This document shows, piece after piece, positions 21,401-30,714 of a stretch of 64,000 nt of DNA. Within the stretch, counting starts at the first letter, position 1. Each line of letters starts with the position of its first letter. Position numbers and translations under genes: made by a program. The notes under the pieces are model-generated. The model had not been told where the DNA came from, made no database searches, and saw only the letters and a program-made list of their open reading frames with translations. The DNA is taken from assembly GCA_031411295.1 (NCBI GenBank), contig JANOAV010000204.1:1-64000 (forward strand), read 5' to 3'. Origin of the DNA: Verrucomicrobiales bacterium. GTDB lineage: Bacteria > Verrucomicrobiota > Verrucomicrobiia > Verrucomicrobiales > V1-33.

Positions 21401-24400
21401 GGGAAGCAAAGGCACAGTCGCGCTGAACAGCAATGGCAGCTACACCTATACGCCCAATCCCAACGCCAACGGGCCTGACACGTTTACCTACCGGGCATAC
21501 GATGGCATCCGTCTTTCCACCGTCACTTCAGTCACAATCAACATTGCCGCCCTCAATGATCCGCCCAGCGCGACCGCCAATGTTTACGCCGTGCCGCAGA
21601 ATTCCACCCTCACCGTCCCCACCCTTAATGGGGTGCTCAGCAACGACAGCGATATCGATGGTCAGACCATTACGGCGGTGCTGGACACGAACGTGCTCCA
21701 TGGAACGCTGAATTTGGGCTCGGATGGCTCGTTCACCTACATCCCAACGCTGAATTTCTCCGGTCCCGACGCCTTTTACTACCACGCCACCGACGGGGTC
21801 CTTAATTCCGAAGTGGTTAAAGTCACCCTCAACGTCAGCAATGCGGCGGACGACATTGTCTTTAACGAAATCATGTGCCGCCCGGGCACCGCCTACCCTG
21901 AGAATACTGATTTAGAGTGGATCGAACTCTACAACCGCAGCAGCAGCACCTTGGATCTTAGCGGCTGGACCATTAGCAGCGGAGTCAGCTTTACTTTCCC
22001 CAGCGGCACCATCATGGCCTCGGGCTCTTATCTCGTCGTAGCCGCCAACGCCGCTTCGTTTCACGCCGCTTTCCCCAGCGTTACGAACTATGTGGGCGGC
22101 TGGACCGGCACACTCTCTGACACCTCGGAGAAGCTCACCCTCACCGATCCTGTCAACGTTGATCACGACAGTGTGACGTATGCTTCCGCCGGAGATTGGT
22201 CCGTGCGCTTCCGCGAAACGACCTTCAACGGCTGGGACTGGGACAGCAAGACCACTGGCGGCGGTTATACCATCGAACTCCGCAATCCCTTGCTCAGCAA
22301 TAACAATGGCCAAAACTGGCTGGCTTCCGCAGTCGTCAATGGCACCCCCGGCCAACCTAATGCCGCCCTATCCACGAACATCCCGCCGATCATCAAGAAG
22401 GTCGCCCACACGCCAGCCGTCCCCACCTCCTCCGATCAGGTCGTGATTTCCTGCGAACTAGATGACGAAACACCCTTCGCCACCCTGAAAGCGACCCTCT
22501 ACTGGCGCAATGCCACCACCACCACCCCGCCGGCCTTCAGCACCGTGCTGATGTCTCAAGACGGCCAGGGTAAATGGTTCGCCCCGCTGCCGAAGCAGGC
22601 CAACAACGCGATCATCGAGTTCTACGTCTCCGCCACCGATGGCACCCTAACACGGACTTGGCCCGCTCCCACCACCGAAGGTCAGAACGCCAATTGCCAA
22701 TACCAAGTGAGCGACGAAGCCGTTTCCACCTCGGCGGATATGTATCGCATGATCATGACCGCTGCGGAAAATGCGGCCTATGAAGCCAACGCCGCCGTGA
22801 ACTCCTCCAGCAACAAAGTGGACACCAATTTCAACCAAACGCTGGTCATCACCCACGGCACGGAGGCCACCATTCGCTATCGCTGCAGTGTGCGGGTGCG
22901 CGGCAACAGCAGCCGGAGTTACCAGTTCAAACCACTCCGCATTGGGATCCCCAGCGACGATCCGCTGGAAGGTCACACTGCGTTCAATTTGAATCCCAAA
23001 GCCTCCTTCCTGCAATACCTCGGCATGCGGGCATTTCAAGCGGCAGGGGTCCGCTCCACGGATGCCATCCCGATCGAACTGCGCAGAAATGGCGTGGAAT
23101 ATACCACCAACAGCGGCAGCACGCCGGACTACGGTCGCTGGGTGCGCTTGGAAGATCTCAGTGGTGATATGGTGGCCACCCACTGGCCGGAAGCCTCCAC
23201 TGGCGGCCTCTACAAGAAAGGTCGGCCGGACCGCTACTGGCGTAATACCCTAGCCGCTCCCGCTAACCCTGACACCGGCTATGAACAAACCGGCTCTGGC
23301 AACTCCATTAATCCTGGTTGGAGCAAACAGAACAACTCTGGTCAAAATGACTGGTCGGACCTGTTAGGTTTTTTCTCCGTAGTGCAAGCCAGTGCCCTGC
23401 CACACTTCCCCGGCACCGTCACCTCCACGGACGTGGCGGCTAGCGGCGGCAGCGCCACCAGTGGCAATGGCCTTTGGAACAGCACGGCCTATACCACCGC
23501 TGAAATCACCAGTCTCGAAACCGTGGCCGATCTCGACGAGTGGGCACGCTGGATGGCCGTGATGACGATCCTCCAAGACAAGGAAACCAATATTTCCAAC
23601 GGGGAGGACGATGACTACTCCATGTATTTCATGCCCCAAATGATCGGAGGCGTGCTCCGTAAACGGATGCAAATCGTCACCCACGACATGGATACCATTT
23701 TCGGACTCGGTGACTCGCCTCAGGCTTTCAACGCCACCAATCTTTATGACGCCACCGAAAATGGCTCGGTCTTCCGTCCATTGCTGCCGTTGTTAGGAAC
23801 GTCCACCGTGGTTGGTAATGTTGATTTCCGGAACCGCTACCATACCGCCCTTAGGCAATTGTTTGGCGGAATCTTCAGCGCCGATACCACCAGTTCCGCT
23901 TACCCACCCTTCTACGCCTGGATCGACAACCACCTGACCGGTTGGGCTCCCCCGGCCACGATTACCGCCATGAAAACTTTCGCCACCCAGCGGCAGGCCT
24001 ATCTCCTGGGCACTGGAGCTGGGCTCATCGGAGCCACTCCCATCGCGCCCACCACTGGCACTTCCATTGCCGCCTTTACTGCCACGCATGGCAACCTCTG
24101 CATCCATGAGGTGTTGGCTAATAACATTTCCGCGGTGAACAACAGCGGCACCTTCCCGGACGTAATCGAACTCCGCAACACCGGGTCCACTAGCATCAGC
24201 CTGGCAGGCATGACCCTGACCGACGATCCACTGCTCAAAACGAAATATACTTTCCCCGCCGGCACTACTATCGCGGCAGGGGCTTTCCTCACGTTGTATG
24301 CCGATCTCACAACCACCGTGGCTCCAGGAACCCATCTGGGATTCTCGTTGGATCCTGATGGCGACGGCGTCTTTCTCTATAACTCCCTGGCCAATGGCCA

Positions 24401-26114
24401 AACGTTAGTAGATTCCATTGTCTTCGGCCTCCAAGCCCCGAACCTCAGCATCGGACGCACGGGTGGGGGCTTGGACGTCTGGGCGCTCTGCACCCCCACA
24501 CCTAATGCTGCCAACACCGCCGTCGCCACGCTTGCAGCCCCCAGCGGCCTCAAAATCAATGAATGGCTCAGCAATGCCGGCACGCGCTTCCCGGATGACT
24601 TCATTGAACTTTATAACGCCAGCGCCAATCCCGTGGCCCTCGGCGGTATGGCACTGACGGACGATTTCATCAACTACCCCGGAAATGGCGTCCTGCCCCC
24701 GCTCAGCTTCATGGCTGGCAGTAGTTTCCAGTCCTTCCTCGCCAAAGGGAGTGCCGCCACCCCCAGCAATGCACGCGAACTCCCCTACACGCTGAGCAGC
24801 TCCGTGGGCACGGTGGCCCTGCTGGGCGCGAATGGGGCGCTGGTCGATCGAGTGGAAATCATCGCGCAGTTTCCCGACGGCTCGGTGGGACGGACCGTGG
24901 ATGGGGGAGACAACTGGGATCGCTTGGTGACGGCCTCCCCCGGTGCTTCCAATGCCGCTCTGCCGGCCAATACCCAGAACTTGTTGAAATACCTCCGCAT
25001 CACGGAGCTAATGTATAGCCCGCAAACGATCGCCCAGAGCGAATACATCGAACTGCGCAACGTCAGCGACTTGGCGGGCTCGCCTGTGACCTTGGATCTT
25101 GGCGGAGTTTATTTCTCCAACGGCATCGCCTTTACCTTCCCCACCAGCACCTTGGCGGCCGGAGCCCACATTGTCCTCGCTGGGGAGCCAGCAAAATTTA
25201 CCGCCCAATTCCCCGCCGTGCCCGTGGGCGGCACTTTCCTCGGCAAGCTCGACAGCAATGGCGAACGGGTTACGCTGATGTTGCCAAACTACAATATCGC
25301 GATCCTCGATTTCAAATATAACAACACATGGCATCCCACCACCGACGGTCAGGGAGCCGCCCTTGCCATCGTCGATCCCTTGGGCACGCCCGATAAATGG
25401 GACCTGGCCATCGGCTGGGAGCCCACTCCCACGAGCCCTGGAGCCTCTCCTTCCTTCAGTGTCTATGCCGGACCAGACACCAGCGTGCCGGTAAATACCC
25501 CGATCTATTTGGATGGCAGCATCATCAAAGGCAGCCTGGCCGCCAACAGCATCACCTGCAGCTGGACGTTCATTTCTGGACCCAGCATGCCCGTCTTCAC
25601 CACCGCCAACTATCAGGACGCCAACGCCACCTTCAGCACCCCCGGCGTCTATGTCCTGAGATTCAGCGCCACTGGCGGCACCTCGACGCTCACGGACGAT
25701 ATCACCATTGCCGTCACGGAAACTTACGCTGCCTGGGCGGCTCGCACCCTGACTGGCGGAAACGCCAGCAAGCAAGGGGTCCAAGATGACCCAGATCACG
25801 ACAACGTTCCCAATCTGATCGAATGGGCCTCGGGCACCAATCCAGCCGTAGCGGACTTCCCCATCACCGTCGTTCCCAGCAGCATTTCCGGCAATTTCAC
25901 AATTCGTTACACTCGATCCAAATTGGTGGATCCCTCAGTGCTCGTCATCCCTCAATTCTCCGCTGAACTCACCAATTGGTTCGATCCCTTAACTGGAACC
26001 GCCGTCGAGACGCACCAGGAATCCGAAAGCGGCACTTTGGAAACGTGGACTGCCACCAGCTACCTCATCAGCCCGGAACGCCAGTTCTCCCGGCTCGAAG
26101 TCATCGCGCCATGA
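18489..26114 (+). CDS. Giant secreted protein: tandem Ig/cadherin-like repeats, lamin-tail domains, CotH kinase, PKD-like domain
   Basis: Signal peptide; repeated NDAPVA...GVLANDTD...GSFTYTP...DSFTY; lamin-tail motifs (FNEIM/IHEVL/INEWL/ITELM...IELxN); CotH-like VRVRGNSSR and HDMDTIFG. Confidence 0.9.
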   Translation: MSSASPSFKAALLCSLLLSPLTLFAVPTAVNDIYTGTEDTVLSVTGTGTSNLLTADFEPGANQADGFTLVKNAFGTTAATTTAAWMSGALVTTDKHTGTSSYYVDCGRDNTQFVPKSVGIQTTITLASPATVRLTYWYRMKVSAMEWGGGGQYELGDHMLKVDSTLFGTLYTETAPNPDFSNTAVRHVLGPQGASTGSNAVNDSTWLQYTQDIALTAGSHTITLGAYNNSTNNNNEHAEIWFDDITIDTVNAAAGLLLNDTGGATSAVKVTDPTNGTLVFNANGTFTYTPSANFFGSDSFTYQASDGTDLSNIATVTLNITGVNDTPVAVANTYNLNEDVPLTVNAANGVLANDTDADGDTLTATVRTTTTNGTLTMNANGSFTYTPNANYSGTDSFTYRANDGTVNSNTVTVTLNIAAVNDAPVGLGDAYTMPRNTTFTISDPNGSSVVEDVILGAVRDANHMVTTPGSVWKYWDQGALPVATASTWNTALNLDETGWGSGASELGYGDTADVPPWPEATAIGFGPNAGSKYITAYFRKVVNLTDVTHITAVDLQLMRDDGVNLYINGQIAYWNNTSSSSPLFGDVATTNGSTEEHSWISASTLGSGVAQNQTPTAPSPALFVEGNNLVAAEVHQNQGTSSDLSFDVRLNVTRLTNFGLLSNDSDIEGNTFTAQLATAPGHGSATVNANGTFSYTPTIGYSGTDTFTYRAVDSLGAASAPITVTITITAGANVPPITVADSYNAVEDTTLTVAGPGVLQNDIDPDGDSFTAALLTDPTKGTLTLNPNGSFDYVPNLNATGVDTFTYRANDGGNSQPATVTITIAPRNDAPVANVDSYGGDPGATLTVPAATGVLANDTDVDGDTLTAILVTPPSSGSLVLNANGSFSYTPTVTGTYTFTYIANDGSTSPPGAANSNVTTVTIVLNGAPITLPESYPTNEDTPVTIPAATGVLNNDYDPESQPLTAQLVAQGSKGTVALNSNGSYTYTPNPNANGPDTFTYRAYDGIRLSTVTSVTINIAALNDPPSATANVYAVPQNSTLTVPTLNGVLSNDSDIDGQTITAVLDTNVLHGTLNLGSDGSFTYIPTLNFSGPDAFYYHATDGVLNSEVVKVTLNVSNAADDIVFNEIMCRPGTAYPENTDLEWIELYNRSSSTLDLSGWTISSGVSFTFPSGTIMASGSYLVVAANAASFHAAFPSVTNYVGGWTGTLSDTSEKLTLTDPVNVDHDSVTYASAGDWSVRFRETTFNGWDWDSKTTGGGYTIELRNPLLSNNNGQNWLASAVVNGTPGQPNAALSTNIPPIIKKVAHTPAVPTSSDQVVISCELDDETPFATLKATLYWRNATTTTPPAFSTVLMSQDGQGKWFAPLPKQANNAIIEFYVSATDGTLTRTWPAPTTEGQNANCQYQVSDEAVSTSADMYRMIMTAAENAAYEANAAVNSSSNKVDTNFNQTLVITHGTEATIRYRCSVRVRGNSSRSYQFKPLRIGIPSDDPLEGHTAFNLNPKASFLQYLGMRAFQAAGVRSTDAIPIELRRNGVEYTTNSGSTPDYGRWVRLEDLSGDMVATHWPEASTGGLYKKGRPDRYWRNTLAAPANPDTGYEQTGSGNSINPGWSKQNNSGQNDWSDLLGFFSVVQASALPHFPGTVTSTDVAASGGSATSGNGLWNSTAYTTAEITSLETVADLDEWARWMAVMTILQDKETNISNGEDDDYSMYFMPQMIGGVLRKRMQIVTHDMDTIFGLGDSPQAFNATNLYDATENGSVFRPLLPLLGTSTVVGNVDFRNRYHTALRQLFGGIFSADTTSSAYPPFYAWIDNHLTGWAPPATITAMKTFATQRQAYLLGTGAGLIGATPIAPTTGTSIAAFTATHGNLCIHEVLANNISAVNNSGTFPDVIELRNTGSTSISLAGMTLTDDPLLKTKYTFPAGTTIAAGAFLTLYADLTTTVAPGTHLGFSLDPDGDGVFLYNSLANGQTLVDSIVFGLQAPNLSIGRTGGGLDVWALCTPTPNAANTAVATLAAPSGLKINEWLSNAGTRFPDDFIELYNASANPVALGGMALTDDFINYPGNGVLPPLSFMAGSSFQSFLAKGSAATPSNARELPYTLSSSVGTVALLGANGALVDRVEIIAQFPDGSVGRTVDGGDNWDRLVTASPGASNAALPANTQNLLKYLRITELMYSPQTIAQSEYIELRNVSDLAGSPVTLDLGGVYFSNGIAFTFPTSTLAAGAHIVLAGEPAKFTAQFPAVPVGGTFLGKLDSNGERVTLMLPNYNIAILDFKYNNTWHPTTDGQGAALAIVDPLGTPDKWDLAIGWEPTPTSPGASPSFSVYAGPDTSVPVNTPIYLDGSIIKGSLAANSITCSWTFISGPSMPVFTTANYQDANATFSTPGVYVLRFSATGGTSTLTDDITIAVTETYAAWAARTLTGGNASKQGVQDDPDHDNVPNLIEWASGTNPAVADFPITVVPSSISGNFTIRYTRSKLVDPSVLVIPQFSAELTNWFDPLTGTAVETHQESESGTLETWTATSYLISPERQFSRLEVIAP

Positions 26115-27975
26115 CGCGGCCCAGCTGCTCCCGTCCTGAATCACCATCCTTGCCCTTCCGGCGCGCTTGCCAACTCAGTTTCAGTTGCAGCCAATGCCAG
26201 GCCACGGCCAGACTCATCACCGCTACCCAAACATAAAAAATGAGAGCCGCCCGATGATGATAGGGTTCCGGTAATTGGAACTTCGGCGGCAGCATCATCT
26301 CCGTGGCAATCGCCAACTGCGTGAAGGGGGAAATGCCCGCAATTGAAAGCGCGGTATTGCTGACCTCACGCGTGCCCAGTTGCACCACCATGGCGGCCAT
26401 CAACGGCACCACGCCAAGAAATATCACCGCTAGAAATGGGCGCTTCCCACCACGTGCTTCCAGCATGGCATGGAAAGCCAGCATCGTTAGTCCTATCACG
26501 AGCAAGATCCGCAGGGCGGCCAGGACTTCATTGCCACTACCCAGCATTTTTTCATCGAACCAATGTGATCCCAGAATGCTGCGCTGAAACCAATACCAAG
26601 CCGCCGCCGCCGCCGCCACCAGCAGCATTACCATGGGCAGGGCGGACGATTCATCCGCCATGGTGCGGGCACCCGTGCGGCCATGCTTCATGGCCCGACG
26701 CAGTCCCTGAACTTGGTTGTCAGCGGTGGGGGTCATCATGATCACTAGCAACATGATTACGAGCAGCAGATTAATCGCAAAGACCAGCGTGATGAAACTC
26801 CCCTCCCAAACTTGAGGATCGGCCTTGGGGATGGATACGTGGCGACGCTCCATTTCCATCTGCAGCTTGGCCGAGAACTGGGTGCGCTGGAAATTCTGCG
26901 TTGGGAAAAGATCGCCATCCTCCGCCATGGGCACCGCGTTGCCCACAATCAGGAGCTGAATCCAGCCGAAGATAAAGAGTCCCCACGCCTTGCTCAAAAG
27001 ATGGGACTCCACACGTTTCCATTTCCGCCACACCATCACCAGCATCGTCACAATGAAGCTGCCCTGCACCATTAAGGTGAAGGTGAGGTCGGAGAAACTA
27101 ACATTGAAGAAAGGCACTTCCGTTCCTGCGATCATCCCAGTGCTCAGCATCATCACCTCGGCAGATTTCGGAGCCATGACCACGGCATGTTCAATCAGCA
27201 CCGGCCACAACGTGAGATACTTCACGAACGGAAAGCCGAAGCGCGCCCCCTGCGGCACCAACGTATAGAGCAGGAAAATCAACCCCATGGAAAGCAGGAA
27301 GGCCCAGCGCTTGTTTTTCACGACCGTGCCGGAGACCAGTCCGGTTAAATGATACAACAGCACCGAGGTCAGGAAGATCCCATACACCGGCACCCAGGCG
27401 CTGGCGGGCACGTCCCCTTTCCATAAGCAAAGGGCCGTCAGCGGCAGGGTGCTAATAAACAGAGCATACTCCCGCACCGGCAAGCCGAACAGGTATCCCA
27501 ACGTTTTCGAAAGTGGAGACATCGGTGCCAGTCTTTGGTAGTCCACGCTGCCCTCATCCGATTCCGATGTCATGCCTCCAGCCACCTGACCAGTGCCGAA
27601 GAGGAAGAGAATGATGCCTTGGATAATCAGGAGCGGGAAGATCGGCGTGCGCTCATAATAGTTCGGGGGCCTAACTTGATTCCGCTCCGTCAGCCAGCGC
27701 GCGGCTATTTCAGGTATTACCGGCTGCCCTTTCTCTTTCAGGTTCTCCAGATGATTAAGTTCCCGCTCCAACCATTGGCTTTTCTTGTCGTCCATGCGTT
27801 TATTGAACGCAGGGATGACTAAATATGTGAAGCCGGTGATCACCAGCGTGAGCACCAAAGAGATGCCAAGTCCACGTGCCCGCAGCCGGGAACGGCAGTA
27901 GCGACGGAAGATGGGGTTGTTCCAGATTTGCCACCAGGCAGGTGGTTTCAGGGATGGTGTGGGCTGGTTCGTCAT
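26101..27975 (-). CDS. ABC transporter permease-like membrane protein
   Basis: Many transmembrane helices; NPIFRRYCRSRLR and E..GSVDYQRLAPMS motifs; overlaps the ATPase gene. Confidence 0.8.
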   Translation of the reverse strand: MTNQPTPSLKPPAWWQIWNNPIFRRYCRSRLRARGLGISLVLTLVITGFTYLVIPAFNKRMDDKKSQWLERELNHLENLKEKGQPVIPEIAARWLTERNQVRPPNYYERTPIFPLLIIQGIILFLFGTGQVAGGMTSESDEGSVDYQRLAPMSPLSKTLGYLFGLPVREYALFISTLPLTALCLWKGDVPASAWVPVYGIFLTSVLLYHLTGLVSGTVVKNKRWAFLLSMGLIFLLYTLVPQGARFGFPFVKYLTLWPVLIEHAVVMAPKSAEVMMLSTGMIAGTEVPFFNVSFSDLTFTLMVQGSFIVTMLVMVWRKWKRVESHLLSKAWGLFIFGWIQLLIVGNAVPMAEDGDLFPTQNFQRTQFSAKLQMEMERRHVSIPKADPQVWEGSFITLVFAINLLLVIMLLVIMMTPTADNQVQGLRRAMKHGRTGARTMADESSALPMVMLLVAAAAAAWYWFQRSILGSHWFDEKMLGSGNEVLAALRILLVIGLTMLAFHAMLEARGGKRPFLAVIFLGVVPLMAAMVVQLGTREVSNTALSIAGISPFTQLAIATEMMLPPKFQLPEPYHHRAALIFYVWVAVMSLAVAWHWLQLKLSWQARRKGKDGDSGREQLGRVMAR

Positions 27976-28931
27976 GAAGCGATGCGGTTATCCGTGGCCA
28001 CTTGAATGAGAATATCTTCAAACGATGATTTCTGTTCCTCCAGCGAGCGCACTGGCAAGCCGTGTGAGATAGCTGCGGTCAGCAAGCGGCTTTGTTCCAG
28101 ACCATCACCCGTGAAGCGAAACGACAGCCGCTCGCCTTGGCGGAGTAGTTCGCTAACACCCGTTGCTTGTGCTAGAAAACGCTCGGCGGTTTCACCATTG
28201 CCTTCCAAAACGACCATCGTCACGGCGCGAGCTGCCTGCCCCAAGGCCGCCCGCACTTCATCGACGGACCCCGCTGCCAGGATCCGACCTTGGTTCATCA
28301 CGCAGAGACTGGTGCACATATCCGCCAGTTCACTGAGGATGTGCGAACTTACAATCACCGCCACGCCATCCTCCGCCAATTTGCGCAACGTCAGTCGCAA
28401 ATCGCGACGGGATAATGGATCCATCCCGCTGGCAGGTTCGTCCAACACCACCACGCGGGGCCGATGCAGCAGACATTTTGCCAGCACGAGCCGCTGCGTT
28501 TGCCCACGCGAAAGCGATCGGCACCAAGCGTGGCGTTTATCTTCCAAATGAACTTCCGCCAAACATTCCTCAATCCGCGCGCGTCGCTTGCGGCCAGAAC
28601 CCAGCCCGTAGGCGTGGGCATAGAGGTCCAGAAATTCCCAAGCCTGCAAGTCCGATGGCACCGGTGCCAAGTCCGGCATGTAACCCAGCAGGCGGCGCGC
28701 TTCTTCGGTTTGCTCCAGCAGATCCAGGCCGCAGAGTTTCACTTCGCCATACGTGGGCCGATTCAAGGTTGCCAGCACCCGGAAGGTGCTGGATTTCCCC
28801 GCTCCATTCGGGCCCACCATGCCGAACACTTCGCCCGGGGCCACTTTGAGGCTGATATCGTTCACCGCCACGAAGTCACCATAATCCACCCGCAGATCGC
28901 GGATTTCAATGGCGGGAGTAGATTCGGGCAT
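27972..28931 (-). CDS. ABC transporter ATP-binding protein
   Basis: Walker A GPNGAGKS, signature LSRGQ, Walker B VVLDEP, SSH switch. Confidence 0.95.
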   Translation of the reverse strand: MPESTPAIEIRDLRVDYGDFVAVNDISLKVAPGEVFGMVGPNGAGKSSTFRVLATLNRPTYGEVKLCGLDLLEQTEEARRLLGYMPDLAPVPSDLQAWEFLDLYAHAYGLGSGRKRRARIEECLAEVHLEDKRHAWCRSLSRGQTQRLVLAKCLLHRPRVVVLDEPASGMDPLSRRDLRLTLRKLAEDGVAVIVSSHILSELADMCTSLCVMNQGRILAAGSVDEVRAALGQAARAVTMVVLEGNGETAERFLAQATGVSELLRQGERLSFRFTGDGLEQSRLLTAAISHGLPVRSLEEQKSSFEDILIQVATDNRIAS

Positions 28932-29178
28932 GTTGGGAATAGTGTCGGGTGGAGTTACGAAACGGTAACTACGAACGATCTGGATGCAATCTTGCGAATG
29001 AATTTAGATCCACCGAAATTTGCCCTCAAGGAGGGGGGCATTGGAAGCCCCTCACACAGGCATGGATATGGCTAAGGCACGTAGCGTGATGCTGGGGCTT
29101 GCAAAGCCCCACGCCTTGGTTGCTTATCGTTGTAGAATATGCACTGCTCCCTTAGATTTCCCCAACCGAATCACTATT

Positions 29179-30714
29179 ATGCACCGCTTCACCCTCGTCC
29201 TAATCTGCATTCTTTCTGGCACCCCCCTCTGCGGGGCACCCAACTATACGCCGCCCCGCTTCGACGATCCGCAGCGGGAAGCTCGCATCCGGGAGGTGCT
29301 ACCCACGCTCGATGCGCTCTACGGACAGTATGCCGAGGAGAAGCATCTCCCGGGAATGATCTACGGAGTAGTGCTTGATGGAAAGCTCATTCACTCCCAT
29401 GCCTTCGGAACCGCTGATTTGCTAGGCAGAATTCCCGTGGAGACCGACACCCGTTTCCGCATTGCTTCCATGTCCAAGAGTTTCACTGCGCTGGCCATCC
29501 TGAAGCTGCGGGATGCGCACCAACTCTCGCTGGAAGATCCCGTGGTCAAATACATTCCGCAGTTTGCCAATGTTTCATCACTAACAACAGACTCCCCGAC
29601 TGTGACCATTCGCCATTTGTTGAAGATGACCGGAGGGTTTCCGCAGGATGATCCCTGGGGAGATCGTCGGCTGGCCGATACCGTGGCGGACTTGGAATCG
29701 TTGGTCGAAAAGGATCTCAGCGCTTCGAATCCGCCGGGGATCACTTGGGAGTATAGCAACTTGGGCTACGCTCTGCTCGGTCAGATCATTACCAGCATTA
29801 CCAAGGAGCCCTACCAGCGCTACCTCACTCGTGAAATCCTCCGCCCGCTGGGGATGCAGGATACCGTTTGGGAATTCGACCAGGTGCCTGCGGGTAAATT
29901 AGCGTTCGGTTATCGTTGGGAACATGATGCGTGGGTGCGTGAGCCGCTGCTACACGATGGTTCGTTTGGATCCATGGGCGGATTAATCACCACGCTGAAC
30001 GACTTCACGCGTTATGTGGCTTTCCATTTAGACGCCTGGCCTCCACGCGATGATGCCGATACCGCTCCCGTGAGCCGAGCCACCCGTCGGGAAATGCACC
30101 GTCCATCCGAAGTCATCTCCGTGGTGGCCGAAAGTCAGACTCTGGATGGAAAGCCCAACCCACGCGTCTCCGGCTACAGCTACGGCCTAAGTTGGAACAC
30201 CGACGCCCGTGGGGTCATCTGGGTGCGCCATGCGGGTGGATTGCCAGGTTATGGCAGTGAATATCGTTTCCTGCCAGACCACGGCATCGGGTTGATCTCC
30301 TTCGCCAACCTAACCTATGCCCCCATGACCATCGTCAACAGCAAGGCGATGGATGTCCTGCTGGACACGGCCAAAATTCCCGCCCGGAAACTGCCGGCTG
30401 CTCCCATCCTGCTCCAAAGACTGACCCAAATCAAAGCCATCATTCAGGACTGGCAGAGTCCACTGACCGAAGCTGCCCTCGCCAGCAATTTCTTTCTCGA
30501 TAAGTCCCGGGAAGATTGGGCTGCCAACTGTCAGGAACTCTTCCGGCAACTGGGGAAAATTAAATCGATCACGGAAATCGAGCCCCTCAACCAACTGCGC
30601 GGCACTTACAATTACATCGGAGAACACGGTCGCATCGAAGCCTTCCTTTCGCTCATGCCGGAAGCGAATCCGCGGGTGCAAGCGTTGCAGCTAAAGTTTA
30701 TCGCTCCCCCGTGA
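29179..30714 (+). CDS. Beta-lactamase family serine hydrolase
   Basis: SxxK (SMSK), YSN, HAGG. The signal peptide begins at ATG 29179 (the ORF track starts at 29020). Confidence 0.9.
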   Translation: MHRFTLVLICILSGTPLCGAPNYTPPRFDDPQREARIREVLPTLDALYGQYAEEKHLPGMIYGVVLDGKLIHSHAFGTADLLGRIPVETDTRFRIASMSKSFTALAILKLRDAHQLSLEDPVVKYIPQFANVSSLTTDSPTVTIRHLLKMTGGFPQDDPWGDRRLADTVADLESLVEKDLSASNPPGITWEYSNLGYALLGQIITSITKEPYQRYLTREILRPLGMQDTVWEFDQVPAGKLAFGYRWEHDAWVREPLLHDGSFGSMGGLITTLNDFTRYVAFHLDAWPPRDDADTAPVSRATRREMHRPSEVISVVAESQTLDGKPNPRVSGYSYGLSWNTDARGVIWVRHAGGLPGYGSEYRFLPDHGIGLISFANLTYAPMTIVNSKAMDVLLDTAKIPARKLPAAPILLQRLTQIKAIIQDWQSPLTEAALASNFFLDKSREDWAANCQELFRQLGKIKSITEIEPLNQLRGTYNYIGEHGRIEAFLSLMPEANPRVQALQLKFIAPP

